Source of the DNA: Paracoccus sp. (in: a-proteobacteria)
GTDB lineage: Bacteria > Pseudomonadota > Alphaproteobacteria > Rhodobacterales > Rhodobacteraceae
Length of the DNA: 38,619 nucleotides
Reading direction: 5' to 3'
Assembly: GCA_030538515.1 (NCBI GenBank)
Contig: JAUNTV010000002.1
Coordinates: 1 to 38,619 of the forward strand
In this document: piece after piece, positions 35,266-38,619 of the stretch
How the letters are laid out: every line of letters begins with the position of its first letter
Numbering within the stretch: position 1 is the stretch's first letter
The notes under the pieces: model-generated
Seen by the model: the letters and a program-made list of their open reading frames with translations, nothing else
Database searches by the model: none
What the model was told of the DNA's origin: nothing
Position numbers and translations under genes: made by a program

Positions 35266-36395
35266 GATGTCTCTCCAAAGGCGGCAAGCGCATCCAGAAT
35301 GCGCGATACGGCTTGGCCGTCGCCGTAGGGGTTATGGGCGACGCTCATCTCACGATAGGCGACCGTATCAGTCAACAATCGGGATGCCCATGCGACAATC
35401 TGGTCCGCATCCGTGCCGACCAGACGGACGGTGCCTGCCGCCAGCGCCTCGGGGCGTTCGGTGGTGTCGCGCATGACCAGCACCGGCTTGCCGAGCGAGG
35501 GGGCCTCTTCCTGGATGCCGCCGGAATCGGTGATGATCAGATCGGCGCGGTTCATCAGCCAGACGAAGGGCAGGTAATCCTGCGGCTCGATCAGATGGAT
35601 ATTCGCATGCCGGCCCAGAAGGCGGGTGACGGGTTCGCGGACATTGGGGTTCATATGCATCGGGTAGATAATGTCGATGTCGTCAAAACGTTCCGCGATC
35701 CGGCCAAGGGCGGTGCAGATCCGTTCAAACCCGCCGCCGAAGCTTTCGCGGCGATGGCCGGTGACAAGGATCATGCGCCGGTCCTGCGCCAGAAAGCCGA
35801 AGCGGGTAGCCATTTCGGCGGCAAGTCCGGGCTGGCTGTCGAAACGCGCGACCACATCCATCAGCGCATCGATCACGGTATTGCCGGTCACGATGATGCG
35901 GTCTGCGGGCGTGTTTTCACCGATAAGCGCATCGCGGGATGTTTCGGTCGGGGCGAAATGCAGCGTCGCCAGCGCGCCGGTCACGCGGCGGTTGCCCTCT
36001 TCCGGCCAGGGCGAATAGATATTGCCGGTGCGCAGCCCTGCCTCGACATGGCCGACCGGGATACGCGCGTAATAGGCCGCCAGCGTCGCCGCCAGCGTGG
36101 TCGCGGTATCGCCATGGACCAGCACCATATCGGGGCGCTCGGCCTCCAGCACGGGTTTCAGCCCGGTCAGGATGGCGGCGGTGACGCCGTAAAGATCCTG
36201 CCCGGCCTTCATCACATTCAAGTCATGTGCCGGCACCAGCCCGAACAGCGCGGTCACCTGATCCAGCATCTCGCGGTGCTGGCCGGTGACGCAGATCACC
36301 CCGTCGAAACGCGGATCGACCTCAATCGCCTTGGCCAGAGGGGCCATCTTGATCGCCTCGGGGCGCGTGCCGAAAACCGTCAATAGTTTCATCAT
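35262..36395 (-). CDS. wecB: UDP-N-acetylglucosamine 2-epimerase (non-hydrolysing)
   Basis: [65 protein letters not shown]. Start 36395 or 36392. Confidence 0.96.
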   Translation of the reverse strand: MMKLLTVFGTRPEAIKMAPLAKAIEVDPRFDGVICVTGQHREMLDQVTALFGLVPAHDLNVMKAGQDLYGVTAAILTGLKPVLEAERPDMVLVHGDTATTLAATLAAYYARIPVGHVEAGLRTGNIYSPWPEEGNRRVTGALATLHFAPTETSRDALIGENTPADRIIVTGNTVIDALMDVVARFDSQPGLAAEMATRFGFLAQDRRMILVTGHRRESFGGGFERICTALGRIAERFDDIDIIYPMHMNPNVREPVTRLLGRHANIHLIEPQDYLPFVWLMNRADLIITDSGGIQEEAPSLGKPVLVMRDTTERPEALAAGTVRLVGTDADQIVAWASRLLTDTVAYREMSVAHNPYGDGQAVSRILDALAAFGETS

Positions 36396-37851
36396 GAAAT
36401 GCCTTTTCTGCATCCGCCGGCCAAGTGCCACCTGCGGCCTGTGATTGCAAGGTTTCCTCGCCCGCGCTTGCGATGCGGATCAGCGCATCCAGCCGGGCGC
36501 GCGCATCGCCCATGTCGACCCGGATCGAGCCGGGCGGCAGCGTGGCCCCGGACAAAGGGCTGCCCGGCTCGGCAAAGGCCAGAACGGGGCGCCCGCTTGC
36601 GCGATAATCCGCCAGTTTCGAGGGCAGGAACGGGTTCCCATCGCCCGTGCTGGCGGTGTCATTGACGAACAGCCAGTCCATCGCGCGCATCCGCGCCAGC
36701 GCATCCAGATAATCCAGCGACGGGTGGATATCGACCAGTGGCGCGATGTTCAGCGCGCGGATCAGGGCGTGCAGGTCCTGTCCGGGCTGGCCATGGATAA
36801 GCAGCCTGATCCTGCCGCCCAGATGCGCGGGCAGCCCGGACATGGCATGCAGCAGGTCCGACAACCCGCGTCTGGGGTTGGTATTGCCGAAATACCCAAG
36901 CCAGAGCGGCCCGCGAAGCGGGCGCGGCAGCGGTATGGCAGCCTGCATCAGTGGCCCCGGCCCCGGCTGGGGCGCGATCCCGGACACGGATGCGGCGCGG
37001 GCGCGCAGATCGGCGGGGTCCTCGGGCTGGGACAGCATCATGCGGCGCTGAACCTCATTGGTGAAGATCAGCCGGTCAGCCAGACAAAAGGGAAGATATT
37101 CCGCCCAGAACATCAGCGGCCTGCCCTTTGGAACCGCGTGACCGCGCGCGCGCAGCAGGTCCGCGATGCGGCTGCGTTCCAGCCAGTCATCATCGGCGGG
37201 CGCGCCTGCCGGCTGCCCGTTCAGGTCGCGCCGGCAGGGGTCCGAGAATTCGGCGGTCCAGCTTTCACCATGCCCTGCCGCCAGCGCGGCGGCCGCAGCG
37301 AAATGCGATTGCGCCCACATGGAACGGGAATAGATCTCGGCATAAGGGGGCGCGCCGAAGCGGCCCGAGCCAAGCGCCGCGACAGTCTTGTCGGCGAAAT
37401 CGGCGAAAGGTTGCGCACGGGCCGGCCAGTTTTCGGCATCAAGCACCAGATGCTGCCCGATCAGGGGCGCGATCACCCCGTAAAGCGACAGGTCCACCCC
37501 TTCGCGCCCCGACATATCGTTCGAGATCACGTCGACACGCTCGCCCCGCCAGCCCAGCCGGCGCGCCATCACATTGCCCGAAGCGGTGGCAAAGGGCGGG
37601 AAGGCAAAGGCGATGATCAACCGCTTCGATGGCCCGGCAGGCGGATCGATGGCGGCACCCGCATGCGCCAGCGCCAACCGCATGCCATCATGCCAGCGGC
37701 TATCGGGCGCATGGTCAAGCCATTGGAATCGCGGAATTTGCCGTAACAATTTTTCGGCGGCCGCCGTCTGTCCTGCGGACAGATCCAGCGCCACCCTGTC
37801 CCGGGCCCTGCCCAGACCGCTTGTCCGGGTTTCATGCTCGGAAACCGCCAT
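36322..37851 (-). CDS. Putative GT-B glycosyltransferase
   Basis: [39 protein letters not shown] resemble GT-B motifs; lies in the wecB/wecC operon. Confidence 0.65.
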   Translation of the reverse strand: MAVSEHETRTSGLGRARDRVALDLSAGQTAAAEKLLRQIPRFQWLDHAPDSRWHDGMRLALAHAGAAIDPPAGPSKRLIIAFAFPPFATASGNVMARRLGWRGERVDVISNDMSGREGVDLSLYGVIAPLIGQHLVLDAENWPARAQPFADFADKTVAALGSGRFGAPPYAEIYSRSMWAQSHFAAAAALAAGHGESWTAEFSDPCRRDLNGQPAGAPADDDWLERSRIADLLRARGHAVPKGRPLMFWAEYLPFCLADRLIFTNEVQRRMMLSQPEDPADLRARAASVSGIAPQPGPGPLMQAAIPLPRPLRGPLWLGYFGNTNPRRGLSDLLHAMSGLPAHLGGRIRLLIHGQPGQDLHALIRALNIAPLVDIHPSLDYLDALARMRAMDWLFVNDTASTGDGNPFLPSKLADYRASGRPVLAFAEPGSPLSGATLPPGSIRVDMGDARARLDALIRIASAGEETLQSQAAGGTWPADAEKAFHDETIDGFRHAPRGDQDGPSGQGD

Positions 37852-37859
37852 GCGCGATC

Positions 37860-38237
37860 TCAGGGTTGCCGTCGTTGTCGCATCAGGCCCCGGACCTTGC
37901 GCAGCGGGGCGGTGATCCGCCATGAGATCGTATTGGCCATGGCTTCGATATGGGCCTTCATCTGGTCACGATCGGCGATCACCTCGGTCAGCGTGCGGTT
38001 GCACAGATCAAGCTGGCGGACAAGCGCGTCCTGATCCTCACGCGATACCGAAGGGTGCGGCCCACTGGTCTGTTCGGCTTTCTTCTTCAGAAGGCGCTCG
38101 GCCCGGTCCAGCTCAGAGGCAAGTATAGCAATATCGACCATACGCTCCTCCAATGAGGCCTCGCACGCAGCCAACCGGATAGCGAGCGGGTCCTCGGGGT
38201 CGGGCATGACGGTTTCCGACAGGCCATTCGCCTGCAT
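37860..38237 (-). CDS. Small coiled-coil protein ending in an SWRITAPLR amphipathic motif
   Basis: AGGAG RBS; heptad-like helices; NTISWRITAPLRKVRGLMR; first gene of the polysaccharide operon. Confidence 0.72.
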   Translation of the reverse strand: MQANGLSETVMPDPEDPLAIRLAACEASLEERMVDIAILASELDRAERLLKKKAEQTSGPHPSVSREDQDALVRQLDLCNRTLTEVIADRDQMKAHIEAMANTISWRITAPLRKVRGLMRQRRQP

Positions 38238-38567
38238 GATCTGATCTCCTTCGCCCCGGTGGCGCGTCCCTCATAACGCGGTATGGCGCAAATGCCGAGA
38301 GGAAAAAATCCTTGCAAAGCGCCGAATTCGCGACAATTCTTCCTTTGGTTGTGAACCCCCTCACAAGGCTCAACTCCGAGGAACGGATAACACGAACCGC
38401 CAGCCTCGTTCACATGGCCCTATATGAGTATTGGGATAAGCGCAACGTCGCCACCGGGCATGCAATGGTTACGAAAGGCAACTTTCTGCCCCCCCTCGGA
38501 CGCCACCTGGAATAGCCCCTCGCCCAAAGCAGAAGCCGGCCATCCCTGTCTGGGGCGCGCGGCTGCC

Positions 38568-38618
38568 TTCTTCTGTCCGAAAATATCCTCCGGGGGTCCG
38601 GGGGTGGAAAACCCCCGG
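38568..38618 (+). repeat. REP-like ~50 bp intergenic element, copy B
   Basis: TTCTTCTGTCCGAAAATATCCTCCGGGGGTCCGGGGGTGGAAAACCCCCGG matches the reverse complement of 15759-15809. Confidence 0.85.
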
Positions 38619-38619
38619 C

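Noticed and set aside
38312-38515. 67 aa plus-strand ORF (or 33 aa from MALYEY)
   Set aside because: No clear RBS, atypical codon usage and no recognisable motif.

Overview
GC-rich alphaproteobacterial chromosome segment; the gene repertoire looks Rhodobacteraceae/Paracoccus-like (inference, no database search). In order: 3' end of a sensor histidine kinase; small glycine-zipper lipoprotein; class II (B12) ribonucleotide reductase nrdJ; metNIQ; an uncharacterised two-gene envelope module (DUF4407-like membrane protein plus a ClpP/crotonase-fold protein); an apparent cpdB-pxpA-pxpBC-biotin carboxylase operon; FMN alpha-hydroxy acid dehydrogenase; two alpha/beta hydrolases; AI-2E and HdeD-like membrane proteins; a 12 kb divergent catabolic locus; and the start of a UDP-ManNAcA surface polysaccharide operon (wecB, wecC, glycosyltransferases). 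The best candidate for an undescribed system is the locus at 20275-32201. A GlpK-like kinase lacking the glycerol-binding Arg and two flavoproteins lie divergent to a DeoR regulator, an amine-type TRAP transporter and a gamma-glutamylation/ALDH/ADH module, with no deglutamylase gene. This suggests catabolism of an amino-polyol or lipid headgroup. Other notable items: a split urea-carboxylase-like pxp cluster and a ~50 bp REP-like element present in 2-3 copies with a compensatory stem change. No rRNA, tRNA, CRISPR array, transposase or integrase was recognised. All calls come from motif recognition by eye.
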